In this document: piece after piece, positions 28,405-37,509 of the stretch
How the letters are laid out: each line of letters opens with the position of its first letter
How positions within the stretch are numbered: the first letter of the stretch is position 1
Origin: a virus
Direction: 5' to 3' (one strand)
Length of the DNA stretch: 64,000 nucleotides
Virus record (IMG/VR): IMGVR_UViG_3300012930_000012
Span: 9,468 to 73,467 of that record
Program-made: the position numbers and the translations under genes
The notes under the pieces: generated by a model
Seen by the model: the letters and a program-made list of their open reading frames with translations, nothing else
What the model was told of the DNA's origin: nothing
Databases searched by the model: none

Positions 28405-29344
28405 CTTCCTAAAACGCGCACTATCCCGCGCCCCTAATGCCGGCATGTTCGGCTGCTACCACGTGAGCGAAGGCTACATGTTCGCCCAGAACGAAAGCCT
28501 CCAGGCCGTGGTCCCGCTTGAATCATCCGATAGCTTTTCCGTGCCCGGCGAGGAGCTTGAAGCCATGCTGGCGCGGATGCACAGCGACCCACACGTGGAA
28601 ATAGGCGACGGCGAGCTACGCATCAAGAGCGGTAGGCTCCGCGGCAACATCCCGTGCGTGCCCGGCACCCCACCCAGCATATTCACCCGCGACGTCGACT
28701 GGCTCCCCCTGCCCGACGCCCTGGTGCCGGCGTTGCAAAAGGCCACCCAGTTCCTCGTGGGCACCAGCCTCATCGGGTGGACAGGGGGCGTGCGGCTCAT
28801 GGACGGGCGATTGACGACCGTCAATAATCTGTGCGGCATTGACTTGGCGGTGCCGGGTTGGCAATCCACGCCATCAATTCTCACAAAGGATGGGGCGGAG
28901 TTTTTGATGGCAGATCCGCCGTGCGATTACGCGGCCAAGGCTGGGGCTTTGTTGTTCCGCTGGCCCGATGACCGCTCGGTCCAGTGCCAGCTTATTGACC
29001 AGGTGATGCCTGAGCTGGTGGACGACATCTTTGCCAAGGCTGGCCAGGATGCGCCCGTGGAAATAACCGCCGAGTGGCGCGATGCCTTCGCGGATGCCGC
29101 AGCCATATCAGATGAGACGGTCGAGCTACATGCGGGTCATCTCAAGGTGGGTAAAGGCTCATCCAAGGTCACCCTAGAGGTTTCCACGGCTGTGCCGGCG
29201 GACCACGTGTCGTACTGGAACACCAAGGTGCTGGCTCCGATGGTAGCGGTGGCCACCCATTGGAATCCGCTGGCGCACCCCAAGCCGGCGCTGTTCCGTG
29301 GACCGGGGCTGTACGGCGTTGTGATGGGAGTGATGCGGCGATGA
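28388..29344 (+). CDS. Sliding-clamp (DNA Pol III beta)-like protein
   Basis: About 318 aa with a beta-clamp-like pattern (AQNE.L...F.VPG..L..., L.IKSGRLR, PALF.G...GVVMG); coupled to the polymerase. Confidence 0.6.
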   Translation: MHETINFLKRALSRAPNAGMFGCYHVSEGYMFAQNESLQAVVPLESSDSFSVPGEELEAMLARMHSDPHVEIGDGELRIKSGRLRGNIPCVPGTPPSIFTRDVDWLPLPDALVPALQKATQFLVGTSLIGWTGGVRLMDGRLTTVNNLCGIDLAVPGWQSTPSILTKDGAEFLMADPPCDYAAKAGALLFRWPDDRSVQCQLIDQVMPELVDDIFAKAGQDAPVEITAEWRDAFADAAAISDETVELHAGHLKVGKGSSKVTLEVSTAVPADHVSYWNTKVLAPMVAVATHWNPLAHPKPALFRGPGLYGVVMGVMRR

Positions 29345-31764
29345 GTGACAAGAAAGAAACCCCATCGCTCGCGGGTGGGCTAACGTTTGGGATGACCAGC
29401 GGCCCATACGATGGCCGCGAGGAGCGTCGTAAGAATAAGGCAAAGGTCGATAGTGCGTTGTACGGGGACGGGCTATTGGGGGATTCGCTTGCGCCCAAAC
29501 GTAGCGGCGAGCTGGCCAACAAGTTCATGATACCGCCGTTCACCGTGTTCAACGCGCGTGAGGGTTGGTGGCAGGATCGCAAGGCAGCCTGGCTGGCGCT
29601 GGGCATCCAGAGCGAGCTAGGGCGCGGTGGGGATGAAATTGCCGTGGCGGATGCCGCGGCGCTGGACAGCGCCCGCGCTCGAAGCAAGGCCAGTAGCCAG
29701 GCGGTAGTCGGCGGCCGTGGTACGGCCATGTCAAACGCTCTGGCACCCCGAAAACGCAACACCATCCATCGCGCAGACCCCAGCATAACCGTGGTGCATA
29801 ACCCACCCCCATTGATGGAGCGGGCGGCACCGTGGGTGGCCCCGTCAGAACTCCCATCACTTCGCGGCGTGAAACGATTATGCGCCGATGTTGAGACCAG
29901 GGATGAGCAACTGCTTGAAATAGGCCCCGGTTTCCACAGGGGGACCTCCTACATCGTGGGGCTCGGCATAGGCACCAACGATGGTCGGCGTTTCTACTTC
30001 CCCACCAGACACGAGGGTGGCGGTAACTTAGATGAGGGCGTGGTCCAAAAATGGGCGCGCGAGGAGCTAAACGCTTATGATGGCGAGCTGGTTGGCGCCC
30101 ATAACATCTACGATCTCGAGGCGCTAGGCACCTGGGGGGTCACGTTTCCTAACGTTAAGGTCCACCACGATATCCAGGTATGTGAACCCTTGCTGGATGA
30201 GTGGCGCAACTCGTACACACTGGAAGCCATCGCCCAGGACTACCTTGGCGAGGGCAAAGTGGAGGGTACGCTCCGGGAAGCCGCGGCGTTGCACGGCGCC
30301 ACCACCAATTCTCAAATCAAAAAGATCTTATGGAAATTGCCGGCCGGGTACGTGGGAGCTTACGCGGAGGGGGATGTCGATCTCCCTCTGCGCATTCTCC
30401 CGCTCCAGCTAAAGCGCCTCACGGAAGAAAACCTCGATGAAGTTTACACCGTGGAGCGCAAGCTCATCCCCATCTTGCTCGCCATGCGCCAGCGCGGGAT
30501 ACCCGTCAACACCGACCAGGCGGAGTACGTGCGGGAACAGCTCACTTTCACCCGCGATGCGGCGCTTAAGCGGGTACGGGATATCGCTGGCCCACAGGCG
30601 GAGCTTATGGCCCCGGAGAGCTTTGCCCAGGCGTTTGTGGACCGCGGGCTGACACCACCTCTAACACCTAGTTCGGGCAAGCCACGGAGCGGCGGAGGTT
30701 TTAACCCAGACAAGTTTTCCATCACCAAGGACTGGCTCAAGGCGCACCAGAACGACGAGCTGGCCGCAGCGCTGTTAGAGGGCCGCGGGGTAGAGCACAT
30801 CATCAACACCTACATCAACGGCCATATCCTAACGCACTCGGTCAACGGCCGGGTGCATTGTGAATTTAACCAGTTAAAATCAGAGGATGAAAAGGGAACC
30901 ATAGCCCGTTTCTCATCCTCCAACCCCAACATGCAAAATTTACCTATGCGGGAGGAAGAGCTGGCCGCCATGATCCGCGGCATGTTCCGCCCCGAGGATG
31001 GTGAGACCTGGGTGCGGCACGACCTCTCCCAAATTGAATATCGGCTACTGGCTCACTTTGCCGTTGGGCCGGGGTCTGAGGAGTGCCGGCGCCAGTACCG
31101 CGAGGACCCCAAGACCGACTACCACAAGCTGGTGGCCACCTGGCTTGGGATTGATCCCGGCGACAAGCACCGCCGAGTCCAGGTTAAAGGCATCAACTTC
31201 GCCAAGGGCTATGGTGCTGGGGCACGCAAGCTGGCCTACCTCATCGGTTGTTCGTTATCGGAGGCCGAGGAGTTCGTTGCCCTTTACGAACAAAAGTTAC
31301 CGTTCGCCAAGAGCACCTACGATGCCGCCATGCGATGGGCGGAAAAGCAAGGATACGTGACGACGATCCTTGGCCGCCGGCAGCGCTTCCTCCTTTGGGA
31401 ACCCTTTGACAACTACCAGCGCGAGAATCCTCCGTTACGGCACGAAGCCGCGCTTAAGGAGTACGGCCAGCGCATCAAACGCTTCAAGAGTTACGCCGCG
31501 CTCAACCGCAAGCTTCAAGGGTCCGGCGCCGACGTCATCAAGAAAGGCATGGTGGATGCTTACGAGGCCGGCACGTTTGCCGTACTCGGCGCCCCCCTGG
31601 TCACGGTGCACGACGAGCTAGGATGGTCGGTACCGAACACGCCTCAAGGTACTGAGGCGTGTTCAGTAGCCCATCGTTGCCTGGAAAAGGCAGTGACGCT
31701 CAAGGTGCCGGTGTACGTGGATGAAGGACGTGGCAAGGATTGGGGGGAGGCCAGCGCGGGATGA
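29341..31764 (+). CDS. polA: Family A DNA polymerase with 3'-5' exonuclease and an N-terminal methyltransferase-derived module
   Basis: Exonuclease DVET/YD/YAEGD; RFSSSNPNMQN; motif A DLSQIEYR; motif B RVQVKGINFAKGYG; motif C VHDEL; ~160-aa N-terminal extension. Confidence 0.92.
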   Translation: MSDKKETPSLAGGLTFGMTSGPYDGREERRKNKAKVDSALYGDGLLGDSLAPKRSGELANKFMIPPFTVFNAREGWWQDRKAAWLALGIQSELGRGGDEIAVADAAALDSARARSKASSQAVVGGRGTAMSNALAPRKRNTIHRADPSITVVHNPPPLMERAAPWVAPSELPSLRGVKRLCADVETRDEQLLEIGPGFHRGTSYIVGLGIGTNDGRRFYFPTRHEGGGNLDEGVVQKWAREELNAYDGELVGAHNIYDLEALGTWGVTFPNVKVHHDIQVCEPLLDEWRNSYTLEAIAQDYLGEGKVEGTLREAAALHGATTNSQIKKILWKLPAGYVGAYAEGDVDLPLRILPLQLKRLTEENLDEVYTVERKLIPILLAMRQRGIPVNTDQAEYVREQLTFTRDAALKRVRDIAGPQAELMAPESFAQAFVDRGLTPPLTPSSGKPRSGGGFNPDKFSITKDWLKAHQNDELAAALLEGRGVEHIINTYINGHILTHSVNGRVHCEFNQLKSEDEKGTIARFSSSNPNMQNLPMREEELAAMIRGMFRPEDGETWVRHDLSQIEYRLLAHFAVGPGSEECRRQYREDPKTDYHKLVATWLGIDPGDKHRRVQVKGINFAKGYGAGARKLAYLIGCSLSEAEEFVALYEQKLPFAKSTYDAAMRWAEKQGYVTTILGRRQRFLLWEPFDNYQRENPPLRHEAALKEYGQRIKRFKSYAALNRKLQGSGADVIKKGMVDAYEAGTFAVLGAPLVTVHDELGWSVPNTPQGTEACSVAHRCLEKAVTLKVPVYVDEGRGKDWGEASAG

Positions 31765-32234
31765 TACTCTCACTTCAAACCATCAGGGATGCGGGCATCA
31801 TATCGCCATGGTGTGAACGCAGCGAGTTCAAAGGCCGCCATGGGGTGCTCACCTACGGGGCCTCCAGCGCCGGGTACGACATCCGCGCTGAGTTTGATTC
31901 AAAGGAGCGCCTTGCGTTCGTGGAGCTGCGCCCAGGGGGGTTCAGGCTGGCGTCCACGGTGGAGCGTTTTACCATGCCGACCGACGTGGTGGGCATTGTC
32001 CATGATAAAAGCTCGTGGGCTCGCCGCGGCCTGTGCGTGCAGAACACGGTCATAGAACCCGGGTGGTGCGGATACCTCACTCTGGAACTAACCAACCATG
32101 GGGTTGGTTGGTTGCATCTAGAGCGCGGGGTACCGCTGGCTCAAGTGGTGTTCCACCGGCTGGATAAGCCATCGGAACGGCCCTACACCGGCAAGTACCA
32201 GGACCAGGCCCGTGGGCCGCAGGAGGCAAAGTGA
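31761..32234 (+). CDS. dcd: dCTP deaminase / trimeric dUTPase family
   Basis: SAGYDIR, HDKSSWARRG, NTVIEPGWCGYLTLE, Y.GKYQDQ. Confidence 0.85.
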   Translation: MILSLQTIRDAGIISPWCERSEFKGRHGVLTYGASSAGYDIRAEFDSKERLAFVELRPGGFRLASTVERFTMPTDVVGIVHDKSSWARRGLCVQNTVIEPGWCGYLTLELTNHGVGWLHLERGVPLAQVVFHRLDKPSERPYTGKYQDQARGPQEAK

Positions 32235-32425
32235 ACTGGGAACGGGTCACAAAGGACAATCCTCCGGACAATAGGTTGGTATTGGCCAGCGATGGCGTGG
32301 GCCGGTGGTTAGATACACGATCCTCGTGGTGTCGCTCGTTGGTTTGCTACTTAGGTGGGCAGCGTCGAGTAGCAACTCATTTCATCCTACTAACCAATGA
32401 CATGCCGCCCAAGGAGAGACCGTGA
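32231..32425 (+). CDS. DUF551-like small protein
   Basis: MNW.RV....P...VL...ATH pattern. Confidence 0.5.
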   Translation: MNWERVTKDNPPDNRLVLASDGVGRWLDTRSSWCRSLVCYLGGQRRVATHFILLTNDMPPKERP

Positions 32426-32865
32426 ACCTCAAGGATAAGGTGTTTGCCGCGCTCGAGAATGCCCTGGCCAACGGCTACAACATGCGCGCGGACCCTGTTG
32501 ACTCAGTGTGCGTGGACCTGTGCACCTACGACGCCGATCTCGAGGATTACGATCCCGGGGAGTTGCGGGTGCACGTAACAGAATGGCAAATGGAGAAAAA
32601 ACACATGCAGACCTTAGATTTAACAACACCAGACACCGATGGGTATATCCCCGACCTGAGGCTCTTTGGGTCCAAGTGGCGGCACGCCGGGAACGGGCTC
32701 ACGTACGAGATCACGGGGTTCGTGTTCTTCGGCGATGAGGACCGTTGGGCGGTTATACATCGACGTGATGGCGCCCCGGTCATGTTTTCGCGGACCGTCC
32801 GTAACTTCTTTGGGCAACGCGGCAATGAGCCACGGTACACCGTTGTGAATAAGGTGCCGCGATGA
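32422..32865 (+). CDS. Hypothetical protein with a DUF1653-like C-terminal part
   Basis: WRH.G.G..Y.I...V...R....F.R....F. Confidence 0.55.
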   Translation: MNLKDKVFAALENALANGYNMRADPVDSVCVDLCTYDADLEDYDPGELRVHVTEWQMEKKHMQTLDLTTPDTDGYIPDLRLFGSKWRHAGNGLTYEITGFVFFGDEDRWAVIHRRDGAPVMFSRTVRNFFGQRGNEPRYTVVNKVPR

Positions 32866-33797
32866 TAGCCGCTCAGGTCGTTTGCGACAGCATTAGCGTG
32901 CAGGAACATCGCCCGCTGACGTTCAAACTGCGATACCCGAAGTTCATCCATGGCGAGTTCATGACCCACCGCCTCATCAGCCGCAACGCGAGTTCGTCCC
33001 GTGCGATCCCGACGAGCAAGCTCATCGAGGAGGTGCGGTCGGACGCGCTCCGGGCCGGGCCGGTGTTCTGGGGCGCAAACCAGAAGGGAATGCAAGCAGT
33101 AGAAGAACTAAGCGATGACCATTACCAAGGCACTCGTTTATCCCCCCGAATGCTAGCGCAAAATTATTGGAAGGATGCCGCACTCGAAGCGATGCGGATC
33201 GCTGAAGTTATGGTTGAGATTGGCGTTCACAAGCAGATCGTCAACCGCCTTCTCGAGCCGTTCTCCCACATTAACGTGGTGGCCACCGCCACCGAGTGGG
33301 ACAACTTCTTCGGCCTCCGCCTGCACCGCGACGCCCAGCCCGAGATGCGGGCGCTGGCCGTGGCCATGTGGGAGGCGCGCAAGGCGAGCACGCCCCGTCT
33401 GCTGAGGCCCGGCGAGTGGCACCTGCCGTTCGTCGACGGAGACGATGGGAAGGGCCATCCGATAACGTGGGACGAGAAGCTGGACGACATACAAGTCGCT
33501 ATAAAAGTCTCCGTCGCCCGCTGCGCAAGAGTTTCTTACGAGAGCTTCGAGACCGGCAAGCGGTCCACCGTCGAGGAGGACCTGCGGCTGTATGATCGGC
33601 TCCTGGGCGCGCAGCCGCTCCACGCGAGCCCGGCTGAGCACCAGGCGACGCCGGACATCCAAGAATGGGTAACGGCTAATGAATTAGGACCGCAATGGCT
33701 TCATCTTGGAGAGCACGGTAATCTCGTCGGCTGGCGTCAGTACCGTAAGATGCTGCCGAACGAGGCCGTCGCGCCGCTGCCGGAGGGTTATTCGTGA
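32862..33797 (+). CDS. thyX: Flavin-dependent thymidylate synthase (phage type)
   Basis: EFMTHRLISRNASSSRAIP, HKQIVNRLLEPF, NFFGLR, ARCARVSY, HASPAEH. Confidence 0.85.
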   Translation: MIAAQVVCDSISVQEHRPLTFKLRYPKFIHGEFMTHRLISRNASSSRAIPTSKLIEEVRSDALRAGPVFWGANQKGMQAVEELSDDHYQGTRLSPRMLAQNYWKDAALEAMRIAEVMVEIGVHKQIVNRLLEPFSHINVVATATEWDNFFGLRLHRDAQPEMRALAVAMWEARKASTPRLLRPGEWHLPFVDGDDGKGHPITWDEKLDDIQVAIKVSVARCARVSYESFETGKRSTVEEDLRLYDRLLGAQPLHASPAEHQATPDIQEWVTANELGPQWLHLGEHGNLVGWRQYRKMLPNEAVAPLPEGYS

Positions 33798-34276
33798 ACT
33801 CGCGTACCATCTACGTCGATCTTGACGGTACGCTGGCGGATTTTGATCGCCACTATCTATCCACCATAGGAGGGTTGTTGCCGCCCAAGTGGCGCCACCC
33901 CGACAACGCCCAAGATGTCGATTGGGAACGAATTGACGCCATCAACTTTTACGCCACCATGCCGCCCATGGATGACCACCGCTTGCTTTGGGACTACATA
34001 ACGCCGCACGGCCCGATCATTCTCACCGGGTGCCCCAAGATTGGCCGGGAGGGTGCCGAGCGTAATAAGCGGGAATGGGTAGCCCGGCACCTGGGGCCAA
34101 CGGTGCCGGTCATAACCTGCTTTTCAAGAGAGAAGGCACGCTACGCCAGCCCCGGCGCCATCCTTATTGACGATTGGGAGAAGTACAAGCACCTCTGGCT
34201 GGCTGCCGGCGGCGTGTGGGTGACCCACACCAGCGCCACGGCGACCATTGCATTGCTGAGGAGTCATGGAATTTAG
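33794..34276 (+). CDS. HAD-family 5'(3')-deoxyribonucleotidase
   Basis: IYVDLDGTLADF, ILTG, K..W, ILIDD. Confidence 0.8.
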   Translation: MNSRTIYVDLDGTLADFDRHYLSTIGGLLPPKWRHPDNAQDVDWERIDAINFYATMPPMDDHRLLWDYITPHGPIILTGCPKIGREGAERNKREWVARHLGPTVPVITCFSREKARYASPGAILIDDWEKYKHLWLAAGGVWVTHTSATATIALLRSHGI

Positions 34277-34292
34277 AGCAAGGAGAACCACA

Positions 34293-34967
34293 ATGTACGA
34301 CCCTGTGAAGGCCCGTGCCAACCTAGCCACCCACCAGCTTGTTAAAACCGGCGACCCTGACGCCATGGGCGCCATAGTAGACCGGAACGGCGAGGTCGTC
34401 CTCGGCTATTGCCGGCGGTGCCACGGCGGCGAAGCTGAGCTTGAAGATCAAAGCTGCCTAGAGCGTCTTGTTGCGATGTCGATTGCACACGAAAAAGCAA
34501 TGACATCAATTCAGCGGGCGGTGTCCCATGCCCAGGCCCGACGCTCGTGGGTCATTGGGGAGATGATGCTGACTTACCTAGACCTCCGTCGCGAGGATGC
34601 ATTGGCCCGCTATAATGAGATGCTGCCAGAGGGCGCCTTGCTGGCGGAGTTTGAGAGCCGCAACTCGGCCGAGCACGTGGCGGCCGACGGCACCGTGCGC
34701 AAAAGCCACTACGGCCCCGGGCGCCAGCCCTGGGATGATATTATGGCCGCCGGCTGGGGCGCACCGTTCGCGGCATCCTGTGTGCTCCGCTATCTCCGCC
34801 GTGATAAGGAACCCGAGCACAGCATCAAGAGCGCCCGCTGGTACTACACCAGGCTGAACGAGATGGTTGCCGCCAGCCGCCGTGTGCCCATGAGCTGGGA
34901 GGGCGAGGTACTAGCCAAGCTGAACCATCTTTTGAGCGATGAGGAGAAGGCGAGGTTGGTGCCATGA
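34293..34967 (+). CDS. Multi-module protein with a C-terminal DUF3310 (T7 gp1.7-like) domain
   Basis: SHYG...QPWD.I...F....VLRYL.R......SIKSARWY; start follows the AGAGCAAGGAGAACCAC motif. Confidence 0.6.
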   Translation: MYDPVKARANLATHQLVKTGDPDAMGAIVDRNGEVVLGYCRRCHGGEAELEDQSCLERLVAMSIAHEKAMTSIQRAVSHAQARRSWVIGEMMLTYLDLRREDALARYNEMLPEGALLAEFESRNSAEHVAADGTVRKSHYGPGRQPWDDIMAAGWGAPFAASCVLRYLRRDKEPEHSIKSARWYYTRLNEMVAASRRVPMSWEGEVLAKLNHLLSDEEKARLVP

Positions 34968-35188
34968 AACGTTTCATCGTAATGCGTACGGCCAAGAACG
35001 ACACCTACGAGCACGTGGTGGGGCATGTGGCGGAAGGGCACAATTCCCACGCCCAAGCGGAAGTGGTTGCCGCAACCATGGCACGCCGTTTCCCCGCCTC
35101 CACGTTTGTTGTCTTTGAGCGCATCGTATCACGCTCCATGGTGCTTGAGGAACGCTCGACCGTTGACAAGCCGCGGGTGGGGTCGTGA
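34964..35188 (+). CDS. Hypothetical protein
   Basis: ATGA coupling. Confidence 0.5.
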   Translation: MKRFIVMRTAKNDTYEHVVGHVAEGHNSHAQAEVVAATMARRFPASTFVVFERIVSRSMVLEERSTVDKPRVGS

Positions 35189-35342
35189 CCATCCGTTGGA
35201 AAACCGGCAAGAAGCCCACAGAGAAAGAGGTGCGCCAAGTCATATTTAACTCCGTGCACCATTTTAATTTAAATCGTCCAGATGTGGAAGCCATTGCCGA
35301 AGCTATAGTCAAATTCTATGAAGATCGTGTGGAGGGAAAAAG

Positions 35343-35987
35343 ATGATTTTGTTTTTGGATACAGAGACATCTGGCTTGGTTCAAGACAGCCTACCCCACG
35401 ACCACCCCTCCCAGCCACACCTGGTACAGCTTGGCTGCGTGCTTGCCGACGATGACGGTTGTACACGTGCAACCGTCGACATGATCGTAAAACCCGAAGG
35501 ATATCAGATACCAAAAACAGCTTCGGATGTGCACGGCATCACAACGGAAACCGCACTCCGCTGCGGACTCCCCCTGGTCTTGGTCGTGGGCGTCTTTGTC
35601 AACCTCCGTGCTAAGGCGGACATTATTGTGGCCCACAACCTCCCGTTCGATGAGCGTGTCATGGCCACCGCCATTCACCGAACGGGCAGGAAAGTTTCCC
35701 TGCCCGTTCCTGTACAACGATTCTGCACCATGGAGATGGCGGAACCCATTTTAAAGATACCTGCGACCCCACGCATGGTGGCCGCCGGCAGAGCAAACCA
35801 GTTTAAGAAGCCCAACCTCAAGGAGTGCTACAAGTTCTTCTTTGATGAGGAGCTTGCAGGCGCCCACAACGCCATCATCGATGCCGGCGCCTGTGCCAAG
35901 GTGTACTTTCAAATGAAGCGCACCGGGGCACGGTCGGAAAAGAAGACCTGGTTCCAGCGGTTTGTTGACTACTACCAGTGGAGCTGA
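35343..35987 (+). CDS. DEDDh 3'-5' exonuclease (DnaQ-like)
   Basis: LFLDTETSG, VHGIT, VAHNLPFD, AHNAIIDA. Confidence 0.88.
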   Translation: MILFLDTETSGLVQDSLPHDHPSQPHLVQLGCVLADDDGCTRATVDMIVKPEGYQIPKTASDVHGITTETALRCGLPLVLVVGVFVNLRAKADIIVAHNLPFDERVMATAIHRTGRKVSLPVPVQRFCTMEMAEPILKIPATPRMVAAGRANQFKKPNLKECYKFFFDEELAGAHNAIIDAGACAKVYFQMKRTGARSEKKTWFQRFVDYYQWS

Positions 35988-36283
35988 TGATGGGGTCCGT
36001 ATTGTGGGACAAGGTTGTGACAGCACGGACGTGGCACCATTGCGACCAATGCCAAAGGCGCATCACCAGGGGGGAACGGTATCGGCGGCAGGTGCACACG
36101 TTTGATGGTTTTCAGGTCTACCGTGCCCACGAGGACTGTGATCAGGCGGCTTCGGAACTGCACGCCAACGGCAATCTCATGAGCGATGAATATGTCACCC
36201 TTAGCGAAGACGCTGATCGTCCCGCGGATGAACAATGGATACGAGAAAAATATCCGGCCGTGGCTAAGAGGCTGTGGGCATAA
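35987..36283 (+). CDS. Zn-finger-like phage protein
   Basis: AR..H.CDQC...I..GERY...H.DC. Confidence 0.6.
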   Translation: MMGSVLWDKVVTARTWHHCDQCQRRITRGERYRRQVHTFDGFQVYRAHEDCDQAASELHANGNLMSDEYVTLSEDADRPADEQWIREKYPAVAKRLWA

Positions 36284-36651
36284 TGCCGCTCGAGCGTCGC
36301 AAATTCATCACCCGGGATATGCTCCGCGCCGAGCCTAACGTGCTCTTCGTGTTCGGCGACAATCTCGCGCGTTGGGGACGCGGTGGCCAGGCCGCGGAAA
36401 TGAGGGGCGAGCCCAACGCGGTTGGCCTACCTACCAAGCGGTCTCCACACCTGTATCTCACAGATACAGATCTGCGTGAAGTTATGCTAGACTCACTCGC
36501 CGAGCGGGATCGGCTCATCCAACATATCTGTGACGGCGGCACGGTAGTGTGGCCAGCCGATGGCATTGGTACCGGGTTGGCTCGGTTGTGCGAGTGTGCG
36601 CCGGCCATCGCGGACTTTTATAATAGGCTTCTTATGGCGCTGGAGGTTTGA
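36283..36651 (+). CDS. Conserved phage protein, possibly macro-domain-like
   Basis: LFVFGDNL...GRGGQA..MR.EPNAVGLPTK...GIGTGLA. Confidence 0.6.
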   Translation: MPLERRKFITRDMLRAEPNVLFVFGDNLARWGRGGQAAEMRGEPNAVGLPTKRSPHLYLTDTDLREVMLDSLAERDRLIQHICDGGTVVWPADGIGTGLARLCECAPAIADFYNRLLMALEV

Positions 36652-37067
36652 TGAAACTCAAGGATTTTTTACTCCTCAAAAAATTGATGCAACTCACCAC
36701 CAGCGAAAGCGATGCCGAGGCATTACAAGCTCTCCGCCGAGCCAATGCTATTCTTTCACAGAATAGCGTTGGCTGGGAGCGCGTGTTTGACCGCCTGGTA
36801 ACCGTGGTGGCCGATGTGGAGCCGGCGCCGGTCGACGATCTATCTACGGAGGCGGAGCGCCGGGCGGAGAACTCCGAGATACTTGCGGCGTTCGAAATTG
36901 TGGAGGCCACCAACCCCAAGGGGGACTTCGGCGATTTCATCCAAAGTCTGCGCGAACAATGGGATGCTAAAAAGTCATTGTCGCCCAAGCAACGGGACGC
37001 GTTGCGCAAGGCCGCGCAACGAGTCAACGAAGACCGCGACAATTTCAGAGGTGGGAGATTTCGATGA
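36648..37067 (+). CDS. Hypothetical protein with a DUF2786-like N-terminus
   Basis: KKLMQLTTSESDAEALQA; C-terminal LSPKQ..L. Confidence 0.6.
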   Translation: MMKLKDFLLLKKLMQLTTSESDAEALQALRRANAILSQNSVGWERVFDRLVTVVADVEPAPVDDLSTEAERRAENSEILAAFEIVEATNPKGDFGDFIQSLREQWDAKKSLSPKQRDALRKAAQRVNEDRDNFRGGRFR

Positions 37068-37264
37068 GAATAAAAACGGACAACAGGCTTGGCCGAGGAT
37101 CAGTCATGGGCTTCCGTGATGGGGCTGTGGTTTGGTACGGACCAATAGAAAAATACCCGCCCAACCGCGCCTTGGATGAGGTTGCCTTAAACAGCGCCGA
37201 CGTGGAAAGCTTCCGCCGGCAACTAAACGAAGATCCGCGCAGTAAGGGACTGCTAAGCCCATGA
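37064..37264 (+). CDS. Hypothetical protein
   Basis: ATGA coupling. Confidence 0.45.
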   Translation: MRIKTDNRLGRGSVMGFRDGAVVWYGPIEKYPPNRALDEVALNSADVESFRRQLNEDPRSKGLLSP

Positions 37265-37509
37265 GGCCCGCACTGGAGGCCGCCATCGAGCGCAACATTG
37301 CCGCGGGCGTGCTGGGGCCGGAGCTTGATGTTGCGCTCGCGGTATTGGATGAAATGGACGGCGACTCTGACTTTGAATCTCCGGATGATGAGCCCGATGA
37401 TCTCGAGGACGGCTGTCCGGACAACATTCCGCTCCTTTGCGTGTGCACGTGCGGGCACCGTCACAGCCTCGGCACCTGGCCAGATATTGAGAGGATCGAT
37501 GTGGCATGA
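37261..37509 (+). CDS. Hypothetical acidic protein
   Basis: ATGA coupling. Confidence 0.45.
   Translation: MRPALEAAIERNIAAGVLGPELDVALAVLDEMDGDSDFESPDDEPDDLEDGCPDNIPLLCVCTCGHRHSLGTWPDIERIDVA

Noticed and set aside
29341-29820. PolA N-terminal extension as an intein or 5'-3' exonuclease
   Set aside because: It has no intein terminal residues (C/S...HN) or homing-endonuclease motifs and no 5'-nuclease acidic motifs; it matches an MTase N-terminal module instead.
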